Below, one piece after another: positions 16,267 through 25,339 of a stretch of DNA of 62,034 nt. Source of the DNA: a virus (taxonomy: Duplodnaviria > Caudoviricetes); IMG/VR virus record IMGVR_UViG_3300036793_000104, positions 1-62,034 of that record; one strand, 5' to 3'. The notes beneath the pieces are model-generated. The model ran no database searches and had not been told where the DNA came from. It was given only the letters and a program-made list of their open reading frames with translations. A program made the position numbers and the translations under genes. Position 1 is the first letter of the stretch; every line of letters starts with the position of its first letter.

Positions 16267-19200
16267 TCAGCTCCTCGCCGCGAACTCGGCCTTCGCGTTG
16301 GCGCGAGACGCGATCAGATCGGCCTCAGCCATCGAGACGCCTTGGAAGGTGTTGTACTGGTTCACGACCTTCTGCACGCCCGGCTGCTGCTGGTGCATGA
16401 CGTACCGGTTCGGTTCGACCCAGCCGCGCTGGACGCCCATGCGCAGCACCTCGGGACCTTCCTCACCGACCACGTAGTCCTTGCCGGGAAGGGTCGAGCC
16501 GCCCTTGGCGCGGCGCCCGGTGACCTGTGCGCCGTACTGGGCTGTCGCCGACCCGGCGCCGATCTGGTTCGCCTGGTTCTCGAGAGCCCACTGCGCCTTG
16601 TTCAGCGAGTTGATCAGGGCAAGGCCGCCGCTCAGGATCGCCTGCGCGACGTCGGTTCCCCCGGACGCGCCCTTGCCGACGATCTGCTGAATCAGGCCCT
16701 CGTCGAGCCCGGCCTTCCGCAGTTTCGTGACCAGCGTGTTGAACTTCGCGAGGTCCGCGCCCTGCGCCTGGAGATCGGACAGGAGTCCCTTGCCGGTCAG
16801 TGACTTCTGGAACAGGTCGCCGATGTTCGCGCCCTGCTGCAGGCTGTCGGAGATCTGCTGAGCGAACTGGACCGCGGCCTTCTGCTGCTCGATGAGGGCC
16901 TGGATCGACGCCTTGTGCGCCTCGTTCGCTTTCGTGGCCGCGTCGACCTTCACCTTGTATGCCGCGTCGGCCGCGGACGATGCCTTGGTCGCTGCGGTGG
17001 CCTTGTTCTTCGCGGCGTACAGCTCGTCCTGGAGCTCGATGAGCTTCTTCTGCTCGGCCGCGACCCGCTTGTCCTCGGCTGCCTGGCCCGCCTTGGTGGT
17101 CTGCTTGGGTGCGCGGGCGGCGGCGACGGCGCGCTGCTGCAGCGTGATCGCACGCTGGATCGCGGCGACCTGAGCCTTCGCGGCAGCCTCGGCCTTCTGT
17201 GCCTGGAGGGCTGCGTCGCGGGGCGCGATCGTGGCCCGGTTCGCCCGGTTCGCTGCCGCCAACGTGCCGCTGTAGTTGATCCCGGCGAGCGGGTTGAATG
17301 GGATGTTCAGCTGGCTCAGGATGTAGCTGATGTCGACGAGCTGCCCGGAGCCGGGCAGGATCCCGCCGGAGGCGAACGACTTCACCATGCTCATGCCGAA
17401 CTTGTTCGCGACCTGGCCGAGGATCTTCTCTGACCGGTCCCGCTTCGACGGGGCGAGCGGAATGAACGCTTCGCCGCCGGTCTCCTGTTCGGCCCACTGC
17501 ACCATGCCGCGGCCCTTGCCGGGGGCAATCGTCGCCTGCTGGGGCAGCTTGCCGTCGGCGTAGGACGGGATGACGCCGTACGGGTAGAACCCGCCGTTGG
17601 CGTTCACCTTGGGCGCCGGGACCCGGACGCCGACATCCTTGTGCGTCGTGGTCTCGACGAGGTTCTTGTACGTGTTGACGGTGATGGCGACCGTCTTTGA
17701 TGCGGGCACTCCGGCCAGGGCGTCCTTTGCCGTCTTGATCCCGGCGAGCAGGTTGTCGATCTTGGCTTCGAGCTTCGCGCGCTGCGTCGCGGTTAGCTTC
17801 GGGTCCTTCAGCCTTTCCCGGGCGGTTGCAAGCTTGGCCTCGAGGTCGGTGATGTTCGCCTGCAGCCGTGCCGTGCGAGTGACGTTCGGGATCGCGATCA
17901 GCGAGGCCGCCATCGCCTCGGCCTCGGCCTTGCCGTAGTGCATCTGCTCGGCCAGCTTGATGAAGCTCCGCTGCGACGCCTCCGCGAACCCGGCAGCCTT
18001 GACTGTCCCGTCGCCGCCCTTGAGCATCGCGTCCCGCTGCGCGGTCGCTGCTGCGGCGAGCTGCAGGAGCGCGGTCTTGTTGTCGCGGCCCTTCTGTGTA
18101 TTGATGTCGTGCGTTGCGCCGTTCGCCTTGATCGCCGCAGTCGTGTCGTCGAGGGCCTGCTGGTAGGAGATCTGCGCACCGGCCAGGGTCTGCAAGATGC
18201 CCGACTCGCGGTTCAGCGCGTCGACCGCCTTCTGCGTGGCGGCTGCCTGACGGTCGTACGCGCCCGCGAGCAGAGCCGCAGCAGTGTTCGCCTCGTGGGT
18301 TGCGTGGGCGTTGTGTAGCGCAGCGGCAGCGTGGGCCTGATGCTCGGCGGCGGCCTTGGCCAGGCTGTCTGCAAGCTTGCTCGTGGATGCCGCCGACTGG
18401 TCCGCCTGCGGGATGTAGATGCCGAGTCTCCCGGCCAGCCAGCGCGTGCCGTCGCCGACGCCGCCGAGCACCTTGGCGAGACCTTCGATCGGGCCAAGCA
18501 CAAGAAAGACAGCGGCGCGCAGCGTGCCCATCAGGGCAGTGACGGCAGACACCCCACCGGTCCACCGCTTGAACGCCCCGTCGGCGTCGTTCATGATGCT
18601 GAGGAACCTGAGAATGTCAGACACCAGGCCGCCGATACCCTTGGCGAAATCCGCGAGTGCAGTCGGGTTCTTCGAGATGCTCGCCGACAGCTTGGTGAGG
18701 CTCGACGACAGCTGCGCGAATACGGAGTTCAGCGCCGGGCCGAGCGAGCCGAGGATCTTGGAGAAGGCACCGGCGAGCGGCTGGATCGCGGGCGCGAGCT
18801 TCCCGAGGGCCTGACCGAGCTGGTCACCGAAGCCGGACAGGGCGGGGCCTAGGGTCTTGAACGCGGCAGCCAGTTCCGGCTTCAACTTCGCGAAGGTCCG
18901 CTCGGCAACGATCGCCATCGCGGAGAGAGTCGTCTCGAACGGCTTCGCGATCGACCGGGTCTGCGCACCGAGGTCAGCGGTCGTCTTCGCCCAGATCGAC
19001 TTCACGACCTCGGACTTCGCGGCGAACACGAGCCCGAGCGCGCCCAGACCGGCGCCGAACGCGGTCACGACGCCGCCCGCGAGGACAGCACCCACCGGGG
19101 CCGCGACCGACACCGCGGCGGCAAGCAGAGCGGCCAGGATAATAGGGCCGATCACCGGGGTCTTCAACAGGCCGGACAGGCCGGACAGGAAGCCGTTATT

Positions 19201-19812
19201 GAATCCCGCCACGGCTTCCTCGCCGAGTACCTTGATGCCCCCCGACCCGGCGCCGGTGAACCACTTCGCGATGCCCCGGAGGAAGCCCTTGCCGGAGTCG
19301 TCTCCGGCCTTCTCGAACTTCTTCACCGCCCGCTCAGCGGAAGCGAGCGACTCCTCGGCGCTGGCCAGCGCAGTGCCGCCCTTGCCCGACTTCTGAGCGT
19401 CGGCGAGCCGCAGTTGGGCGACTCGGAGACGGCCGAGGGCGTTCGCGTGGGCGTCGGTGACCTTGGACGCCTTGTCCATGCTCTTCGACATGCTGTCGAC
19501 CGAGGTGCCAACGTCCTTGGAGGACTTGCTGAGCTTGTCGAGCTCGCTGCTGGCGCCCTTCGCCGAGTTGCCGATCTGCTTGCCTGCGGCATCAGCGGCC
19601 GTGCCGGTCTTGGTGAGCTTCGCGGCGGCGGTGTCGGCCTTCGATCCGAGATCGTCGAAGCCTGTCTTCGAGCCGACGGTCGCGAGCTTCTTGTTGGCGC
19701 TGTCTGCGGCCCGCTCGAGGCGGTTGACGGCGGCCGGGGCCTTGACGCCGATGTCTGTGACGAAGTCGCCGATGTCGGCCTTGAGGCGGACGGTGACGGT
19801 GCGGTCGGTCAC
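16267..19812 (-). CDS. Tape measure protein
   Basis: 1181 aa, Ala-rich helical; RTVTVRLKAD start; WAEQETGGEAFIPL and VGEEGPE motifs. Confidence 0.95.
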   Translation of the reverse strand: MTDRTVTVRLKADIGDFVTDIGVKAPAAVNRLERAADSANKKLATVGSKTGFDDLGSKADTAAAKLTKTGTAADAAGKQIGNSAKGASSELDKLSKSSKDVGTSVDSMSKSMDKASKVTDAHANALGRLRVAQLRLADAQKSGKGGTALASAEESLASAERAVKKFEKAGDDSGKGFLRGIAKWFTGAGSGGIKVLGEEAVAGFNNGFLSGLSGLLKTPVIGPIILAALLAAAVSVAAPVGAVLAGGVVTAFGAGLGALGLVFAAKSEVVKSIWAKTTADLGAQTRSIAKPFETTLSAMAIVAERTFAKLKPELAAAFKTLGPALSGFGDQLGQALGKLAPAIQPLAGAFSKILGSLGPALNSVFAQLSSSLTKLSASISKNPTALADFAKGIGGLVSDILRFLSIMNDADGAFKRWTGGVSAVTALMGTLRAAVFLVLGPIEGLAKVLGGVGDGTRWLAGRLGIYIPQADQSAASTSKLADSLAKAAAEHQAHAAAALHNAHATHEANTAAALLAGAYDRQAAATQKAVDALNRESGILQTLAGAQISYQQALDDTTAAIKANGATHDINTQKGRDNKTALLQLAAAATAQRDAMLKGGDGTVKAAGFAEASQRSFIKLAEQMHYGKAEAEAMAASLIAIPNVTRTARLQANITDLEAKLATARERLKDPKLTATQRAKLEAKIDNLLAGIKTAKDALAGVPASKTVAITVNTYKNLVETTTHKDVGVRVPAPKVNANGGFYPYGVIPSYADGKLPQQATIAPGKGRGMVQWAEQETGGEAFIPLAPSKRDRSEKILGQVANKFGMSMVKSFASGGILPGSGQLVDISYILSQLNIPFNPLAGINYSGTLAAANRANRATIAPRDAALQAQKAEAAAKAQVAAIQRAITLQQRAVAAARAPKQTTKAGQAAEDKRVAAEQKKLIELQDELYAAKNKATAATKASSAADAAYKVKVDAATKANEAHKASIQALIEQQKAAVQFAQQISDSLQQGANIGDLFQKSLTGKGLLSDLQAQGADLAKFNTLVTKLRKAGLDEGLIQQIVGKGASGGTDVAQAILSGGLALINSLNKAQWALENQANQIGAGSATAQYGAQVTGRRAKGGSTLPGKDYVVGEEGPEVLRMGVQRGWVEPNRYVMHQQQPGVQKVVNQYNTFQGVSMAEADLIASRANAKAEFAARS

Positions 19813-19828
19813 AGGGGCTCACCGCCTC

Positions 19829-20266
19829 TCAGGGCTCGGGGGTGGGTACTGCCGTGGCGCGCCACAACTGGCCGGCGGGCTTGGCCTGTTTGCGGGCCTC
19901 GGTGTCGTTGGCGCCGCCGTCTTTCGCCTGGTGGTAGGCGATGGTTTCGCAGCGGTTGCACTCGTCGTGCTTGACGTCCCAGGCGATGTGCGGGTCGGTG
20001 GTTTGGTCGAGCGGGCCGCCGCACTGGGGGCACTCGTTCGCCTTCACCTGGGCGAGCGCGACGAGGTGGTCGCGGTCGCGGTCCGTCCACTCTGGTTCGC
20101 GGGTGACGATCGTGTGCCCGGTGTAGTTGCCGTCGGCGTCGAAGTGTTCGTGCCGCTCGGCAGGGACGCGGCCGAGCAGCCGACTCAGGGGTACGCCGTG
20201 CGCTATCGCCGATTCGACCTGCTGCCGCTTCGCTGGCGATTCTGCGAGTTGGCGTCGGAGAAAGTC
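19829..20266 (-). CDS. Tail assembly chaperone, T segment (probably reached by -1 frameshift)
   Basis: The frame of 19829..20047 stays open back to about 20315 with no start codon and reads ...HGVPLSRLLG...TREPEWTDRDR...CPQCG. Confidence 0.6.
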   Translation of the reverse strand, partial: DFLRRQLAESPAKRQQVESAIAHGVPLSRLLGRVPAERHEHFDADGNYTGHTIVTREPEWTDRDRDHLVALAQVKANECPQCGGPLDQTTDPHIAWDVKHDECNRCETIAYHQAKDGGANDTEARKQAKPAGQLWRATAVPTPEP

Positions 20267-20841
20267 GCTGTCCGGTCGTTCACGTTGCCGGCGACCTGGC
20301 AGGCGATGACGCGTTCACCGTTCGACATTTCGGCGATGAGGTCGGCGACGTCCATGTCGATCAGGTTGCCGTCGGCGTCCTCGACCTTCTTCGACGCGGA
20401 CGCCAGCATGAGAGCGTCCGGGAAGGCGTCGCGGTCGTAGTCGGCGAGCTGGTCGAGTTCGTTGCCTTCGCGCGGCGGGTGCTCTTTGAGGACCTCGTCG
20501 TAGTCGGCGGCCTTCAACGCGGTGAACGTGATGATCACCGACGCGGCGTCGGCAGCGGCCTCGGCCTTGGCGACTGCCGTCTCGGCGGCCTTGACGGCCT
20601 TGGCGAGCGCTGGGTCGACAGCGACCTTGCCGCCTGCGCGCACGTCGGCCGTGGCGTTAGCTTCGCCGGCGGCCTGCTGCGCGGCGGCCAGTTCCTGTTC
20701 GGCGTCCGCGAGGTCCATCGAGAGTTCGTCGGACAGGCAGATCGCCATGCGGCGCGACGCGCGGCCCTTCGTGGACTTCTTGCGGTCCTGCAGCAGCGCG
20801 AGCAGCTGCTCCTGGCGTTGGCCCTGATCGGTTTCGGGCAT
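20203..20841 (-). CDS. Tail assembly chaperone G
   Basis: Between MTP and TMP; F.AL....Y......HPPR motif. Confidence 0.85.
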   Translation of the reverse strand: MPETDQGQRQEQLLALLQDRKKSTKGRASRRMAICLSDELSMDLADAEQELAAAQQAAGEANATADVRAGGKVAVDPALAKAVKAAETAVAKAEAAADAASVIITFTALKAADYDEVLKEHPPREGNELDQLADYDRDAFPDALMLASASKKVEDADGNLIDMDVADLIAEMSNGERVIACQVAGNVNDRTATFSDANSQNRQRSGSRSNRR

Positions 20842-20937
20842 GGGTGTACTCCTGGGCTTGGTGGGCTTGGTGTGTGGGCTCGGTGAGGTGTGGAGGGCAG
20901 GCGGCCCAAGCCCGGTACCGCCTGCCCCGTGCAGGGG

Positions 20938-21468
20938 CTACGAGACGACGGCGATGTTCCGCTGAACGACGCCGGTCACGGCCACGGGCTGCGTCACCGT
21001 GATCTTCGCGAACTCGTCGTTGCCGGCGAGCGGCGTCTTGCCCTGGATGCCGAACACGATCGGCCAGATGTCGACCTTCTGCGCCGCGACGAAGTCGATC
21101 GTCTCCGCGTCGAGGCCGTACCGGACGACGAGGAACCCGCCGACACCGGACTGGAACAGCTCGTACGCCTTGTTCGTCACGGCCGCGGTCGCGGCCTGCG
21201 GGTCGACGATGTAGACGATGTCGTCGATCGCGGGGTTCTCACGACCCAGCGTCTGGAACGTCTGCTTCGACCCGACCCGGCGGTCGTCGCCGCGGTTCTG
21301 GTTCGAGTTCGGCTTGAAGTTGCCCTCGGTCAGGAAGAACGAGATGTCGAGGCAGCCGGTCGCGGTGAGGTCGGCGACGGGCGGCGCGGTGACGGAGGTC
21401 AGGGTCGGGCAGTAGGCCACCTTGAGGTTGCCTTCGGCCTTGACGCCCGGGGGAATTGTGACAGCCAT
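20938..21468 (-). CDS. Major tail protein
   Basis: P.GV.A.GN.KV...P, DIS.F, R.G.......A.QKVD.WP pattern; position. Confidence 0.88.
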   Translation of the reverse strand: MAVTIPPGVKAEGNLKVAYCPTLTSVTAPPVADLTATGCLDISFFLTEGNFKPNSNQNRGDDRRVGSKQTFQTLGRENPAIDDIVYIVDPQAATAAVTNKAYELFQSGVGGFLVVRYGLDAETIDFVAAQKVDIWPIVFGIQGKTPLAGNDEFAKITVTQPVAVTGVVQRNIAVVS

Positions 21469-21471
21469 GGG

Positions 21472-21675
21472 TCAGTGCTCCTCGGTGGTGACCGTGAGGT
21501 CAGGGTTGGTGTCGACCGGCGCTTCGGCCGGACGGTTCAGGGCGGGCTTGGCGGGCAGGAGGTCGCCGCGTTCGTCGACGGCCGGCTCGTCGAGGACGGT
21601 CTCGCCTTCACTCCGGGAGTAAGTCGAGTACTCGTGGCCGGTGGCGTCGTCCCGGACGCGTTGCGGTTCAGGCAT
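21472..21675 (-). CDS. Small hypothetical protein
   Basis: MPEPQRVRDDATGHEYS...; GAGGAG RBS. Confidence 0.65.
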   Translation of the reverse strand: MPEPQRVRDDATGHEYSTYSRSEGETVLDEPAVDERGDLLPAKPALNRPAEAPVDTNPDLTVTTEEH

Positions 21676-21686
21676 GGTGGGGCTCC

Positions 21687-22097
21687 TCAGATGTGGAGGC
21701 GGTACATGATCAGCCCGGAGGTCCGGGACGGGGTCACGTTCGTTTCGGTGCGGAACGTGACGTCGGCGAGGGCTTCCTTGAGGCGTGCGCCGCCGGTCGG
21801 CCGGGCGCCGGTCAGGGCCGCGCGGATCTTGTCGAGCGCCCACAGGGCACGGGTCTTGTCGCCGCCGACGATGAGGATCCGGGCAGTCCAGACCACGTCG
21901 GTGGGGACATGGTTGAGGCGGTCGCTGATCGCCTGCCCGCCGTCGGGGAAGTACACGGCGTAGGGGTGGACGCGGCCGTCCGGGTCGAGAGGCGGATCCT
22001 TGGGAAGCTCGGTGTCGAACGTGTTGAGGTGTTCGATGGCCTGCAGCAGCGCGTATGTGGCTTCGTCGACCGGGGTGACCGCGGGCAGGGCGGTCAC
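21687..22097 (-). CDS. Tail terminator protein
   Basis: Position before MTP; PYAVYF motif. Confidence 0.7.
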   Translation of the reverse strand: MTALPAVTPVDEATYALLQAIEHLNTFDTELPKDPPLDPDGRVHPYAVYFPDGGQAISDRLNHVPTDVVWTARILIVGGDKTRALWALDKIRAALTGARPTGGARLKEALADVTFRTETNVTPSRTSGLIMYRLHI

Positions 22098-22453
22098 AGG
22101 ATCGACTCCGCGACCTTGCCGAGCGCGGCCTCGAACGTCGACTCGTGCGTGTCGGCGGCGGGACCCATGTACGGCTGCGGCCGGTTCCGTTGGGTGCCGT
22201 CGTCGTTGTGGGTGCCGTCCTCGACGTACCTGCCGTAGGACGCCGTGGGGCCGATCTCTGCTTCGAGGCCGTGCACGTCCGTGGAGATGGAGCCCTTCAG
22301 GGTGCCGGTTTCGACCGGCACGAAAATCTTCGCGGTGGCTTCGATGTCGTGCGCGGTCTTCGAGACGACGAGCGGCGCGGCCTTCTCGACCTTCGCGGCG
22401 CCGGCCCCGAGGTCATGCTCGAGGCCGCGGAGTTCGGAGACGTCGAGGTGCAT
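22094..22453 (-). CDS. HK97 gp10-like tail completion protein
   Basis: PVETGTLKGSI, YG.YVE.GT, PQPYMGPA. Confidence 0.9.
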   Translation of the reverse strand: MHLDVSELRGLEHDLGAGAAKVEKAAPLVVSKTAHDIEATAKIFVPVETGTLKGSISTDVHGLEAEIGPTASYGRYVEDGTHNDDGTQRNRPQPYMGPAADTHESTFEAALGKVAESIL

Positions 22454-22875
22454 CAGGTCGCCTCCAGGTTGTCGGTGCAGATGGCGGTCCGGTCGAACAG
22501 CAGCGACCCGCGTTGGATGTCGATGACGCGCAGTTCGCGGCCGACGAGGGTCGGGTCACTGCTCGCGTTGACGGTTCCGACGTCGTACTTCGCGAGGTCC
22601 ATCTCGACGGGCCCGGACACCTGGTAGCGGTGGGTGGTGATCTGCTCGGCTGCCGCTACCGCAGTAGGGGCGTTGCCTCGCTCGTGGTTCTGGAGACGGA
22701 CCGGGCCTGAGTAGACGGTGATGCGCGGCTGGCTGGTCGACCCGGTGGCCGGGTCGTGGACGGGTGCGCCGTTGGCTCGGGTGAACGTGATCGTCGCCGT
22801 CCACGTCGTCTCCAGCACGGGCCGGTGGTGTGCTTCCCATCTGGCCGGGACGACAGGCGTGCGGGGGCGTGGCAT
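22453..22875 (-). CDS. Head-tail stopper (DUF6093-like)
   Basis: DP.TG......TVY.GP.R.Q and DP.LVGR...V motifs. Confidence 0.75.
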   Translation of the reverse strand: MPRPRTPVVPARWEAHHRPVLETTWTATITFTRANGAPVHDPATGSTSQPRITVYSGPVRLQNHERGNAPTAVAAAEQITTHRYQVSGPVEMDLAKYDVGTVNASSDPTLVGRELRVIDIQRGSLLFDRTAICTDNLEAT

Positions 22876-23477
22876 CAGAACCACCAGCCGGGTCGGTGCG
22901 GGTACGGCTCGTACTCGGCGATCTCGAACCCGGTGTCGGTGCCTTCTTCGCCGTCGTCGGCCTGCCTGCGCAACTCGGTGGCCTGCGCACGGAGCGCGGC
23001 GGCGACCGCGGGCCCGTCGGTTTGGAGGTCCTGGGTGCGGATCTTCTTCGACACCATGGCCTCGTTGGACGCGATCGTGTCCAGGGCCTGTGCCGCGGAC
23101 CTGCGTACCGACTGGGCGTTGAGGGTGAGGAAGTCTTCGATCTCGCTGGTGGAGAAGAACCTGTTGCCCGGGTCGGTGTCGGAGATCAGCAGCCGCACCT
23201 GCCGCTGCTCCGGGGTCGGTGGCGGCGGCGGTTCGGCTTCGAACGTGTCGACTTGGGAGCCGGCGCCTGTGCCGGTGGTGGTCCAGGTGACGTACCAGAC
23301 CCCCGGGACGCTGATCGGGGTCTGCACGGTCCAGGTCGCTCCCCCATCTGCGCTGACCGGGGTCGGGGTGGTTTCGGTGCCGTCCGGTGCCCGTACCACG
23401 GCGGTCGCGCCGGTGGTGCCGTCGAACGGGGCGACAGTGAGCGTAGAGATGGCGATGTCGCCGACGTCATACGCCAT
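22875..23477 (-). CDS. Head-tail adaptor with an extra N-terminal beta domain
   Basis: C-terminal half QVRLLI.D.....F...EI..FL...V.R.AA.ALD.IA..E....K.IRTQDL.TDG; N-terminal ~85 aa Thr/Val-rich. Confidence 0.8.
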   Translation of the reverse strand: MAYDVGDIAISTLTVAPFDGTTGATAVVRAPDGTETTPTPVSADGGATWTVQTPISVPGVWYVTWTTTGTGAGSQVDTFEAEPPPPPTPEQRQVRLLISDTDPGNRFFSTSEIEDFLTLNAQSVRRSAAQALDTIASNEAMVSKKIRTQDLQTDGPAVAAALRAQATELRRQADDGEEGTDTGFEIAEYEPYPHRPGWWF

Positions 23478-24543
23478 GGGTGGCCTCCAGACGGCTCGAT
23501 GGTGCGTTGGTCGCGGCGAGTACGGCGGATGGCGTGTTGGTTGCGGTGAGCATCGGCTCGTGGGCCGGGCCGCCCGATGACGGCGAGGCAAGCCGGAGCG
23601 TCCCGGCACCAGACAACGCGAGCCGGGCGGCGACGCCTGGGCTGCCCGCCGCGGTGAGGGCGCCTGCACCGGTGAACGCGACCTGGCCGGTCGCGGACGG
23701 TTCGCCGGTCGGGGCGAGCCCACCGGAGCCAGTGAGTGCCGTACCGCCTTGCGCAGCGGGCTTTCCAGCTGCGGTGAGGGTGCCGCTGCCGGTGAGTGCG
23801 AGGCTGCCGGAGTGTGTCTCGGGGGGTGTGCCTAGCGAGAAGTCGAACCCAGGCGGATCGTCGCCGGTGATGACGGTCGTACCGGTGACGGAGGTCTGGT
23901 CGGCTGTGCCTGCGGTGGACAGGTCAGCGACCGGGGTTGCCGTGGTTGCCTGGTCGAACAGCCAGAACGCGGACGGGTTCGCGGTCGCCCAATTGGCGGC
24001 GGCGTCTTTCAGTCCGGCGGCTTCGATCGCAGCGTCGCCGGTGGTGTCCGAGGCCCAAGGGAGACTGTTCGACCACAGCGCGCGGGCAGCGACCCGGCCG
24101 CCGAAGAAGTCGCTGCTGCCCTGGAACGAGAACCGGACCTGGCCGCCGGCACCGGGAGCAACGCCGTCTCCGGCCGGTCCGGAACCGTCGTGATGCGCCC
24201 ATGTGCCGGTCGTGTAGTTGTACATCGACAGGCGCGGAACGGCCGACCCGGTCGCCTTCCGGGCCACGACCAGCAGCCACGGACCAACAGACGGGGAAGG
24301 CCCCGACGTCCCCCAGTTGGCTGCCCCGGATTGGTAGTTGACCTCCCACGCGCCGAAGTTGGTCAGTCCGATCGGCTCGGACACCCACCCGTTCGACGCG
24401 TTGTGGACCATGCAGAAGTAGTGGAAGCCGGACAGCGTGGAGAACTTGATCAGGGCTGCAGCGGTGCCATACACCATGCCTGAGGCGGCTCCGACGCCTG
24501 TGACTAGTTCGTCGCTGGTGCCGTTGAATTCGCGGACGGTCAT
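23467..24543 (-). CDS. Virion protein, LamG/lectin-like domain plus Gly/Ala/Thr repeat stalk
   Basis: FNGTSD start, beta-rich aromatic domain, (L/F)(T/S)G.G.L repeats about every 20 aa. Confidence 0.65.
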   Translation of the reverse strand: MTVREFNGTSDELVTGVGAASGMVYGTAAALIKFSTLSGFHYFCMVHNASNGWVSEPIGLTNFGAWEVNYQSGAANWGTSGPSPSVGPWLLVVARKATGSAVPRLSMYNYTTGTWAHHDGSGPAGDGVAPGAGGQVRFSFQGSSDFFGGRVAARALWSNSLPWASDTTGDAAIEAAGLKDAAANWATANPSAFWLFDQATTATPVADLSTAGTADQTSVTGTTVITGDDPPGFDFSLGTPPETHSGSLALTGSGTLTAAGKPAAQGGTALTGSGGLAPTGEPSATGQVAFTGAGALTAAGSPGVAARLALSGAGTLRLASPSSGGPAHEPMLTATNTPSAVLAATNAPSSRLEATHGV

Positions 24544-24559
24544 GGGGGACCTCCGCGGG

Positions 24560-24946
24560 TCAGGACTGCGTGTAGGAGAGGTTCAGCGTGTACTGGCCCT
24601 GCGTGGCGAACGGCTGCGATGCGACGGCGCCACCGTCCAGGTAGGTGCCTGCGGTGAGCGCGGTGTGTACGCCAGCGCCCGCGACCGTCACGCCGGCCGG
24701 GACGTCGAACACGACCTGGCCATACATCACACCGGGCAGCGCGGGCTGTGAAGCACCCAGCGGTCCGACGGTGTTCGGCGCGGTCCAGGTGATCGACTTC
24801 CGGGCGTAGGCAGGCGAGCCCCCAGTGACCTCGGTACCCGCAGTGGCACCGGGCACGGTGGTGTACAGCGCGGCGTGAGTGGCGTTCCCGGCCGCGCCAT
24901 AGGCGGTCGCGAGGGCGTTCTTCATCGCCGTGGTCTGGATCGACAT
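24560..24946 (-). CDS. Virion structural/decoration protein
   Basis: L.T..PG...G.EVTGG.PAYARK.ITW, FDVPAG.TV motifs. Confidence 0.75.
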   Translation of the reverse strand: MSIQTTAMKNALATAYGAAGNATHAALYTTVPGATAGTEVTGGSPAYARKSITWTAPNTVGPLGASQPALPGVMYGQVVFDVPAGVTVAGAGVHTALTAGTYLDGGAVASQPFATQGQYTLNLSYTQS

Positions 24947-25138
24947 GTTGTTGCTCCTCGCGGCGCGAGTAGTTCAGGGGGGAGGGTGTGCGGGGCGCAG
25001 GTCGCGCGTGCAGGGAGAAAGGAGGGGGCTCGACGCAGCCCAGCCGTTAGCCTGGCCAGGGACTCCCCAGAACGCCTTCCCGCCGATCTGCAGTCGTAGC
25101 GGTCGCGTCGATTCCGGCGGGTTGACGCCCCGACACAC

Positions 25139-25339
25139 CTACTGGCCGGTGACCCGCTTCCGGGTCGAGGCCTTCTTCACCGGCGCCTTCTTGACGGTCG
25201 CCTTCTGCTCCGGCTCCCCAGCGGCCGGAGCATCCGCGGGCTGTGCCTGAGGGGAGTTCCCCAGCAAGCCGATGACCACATCGAGCTTGCCGGAGATCTC
25301 CTCCAGGAACAGATCCGTTGCCGTGACGGCGCGCGGCAT
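25139..25339 (-). CDS. Small protein after the MCP, Lys-rich tail
   Basis: MPRAVTATDLFL...KKAPVKKASTRKR; TGATG coupling. Confidence 0.7.
   Translation of the reverse strand: MPRAVTATDLFLEEISGKLDVVIGLLGNSPQAQPADAPAAGEPEQKATVKKAPVKKASTRKRVTGQ

Noticed and set aside
20853-20912. CC(A/G)AGCCC short repeats and hairpin between the MTP and chaperone genes
   Set aside because: Short, and adequately explained as a terminator/leader region; no evidence for more.
25030-25135. HDV-like ribozyme suggested by GGCTAA
   Set aside because: Could not build the P1/P3/P1.1 nested pseudoknot.
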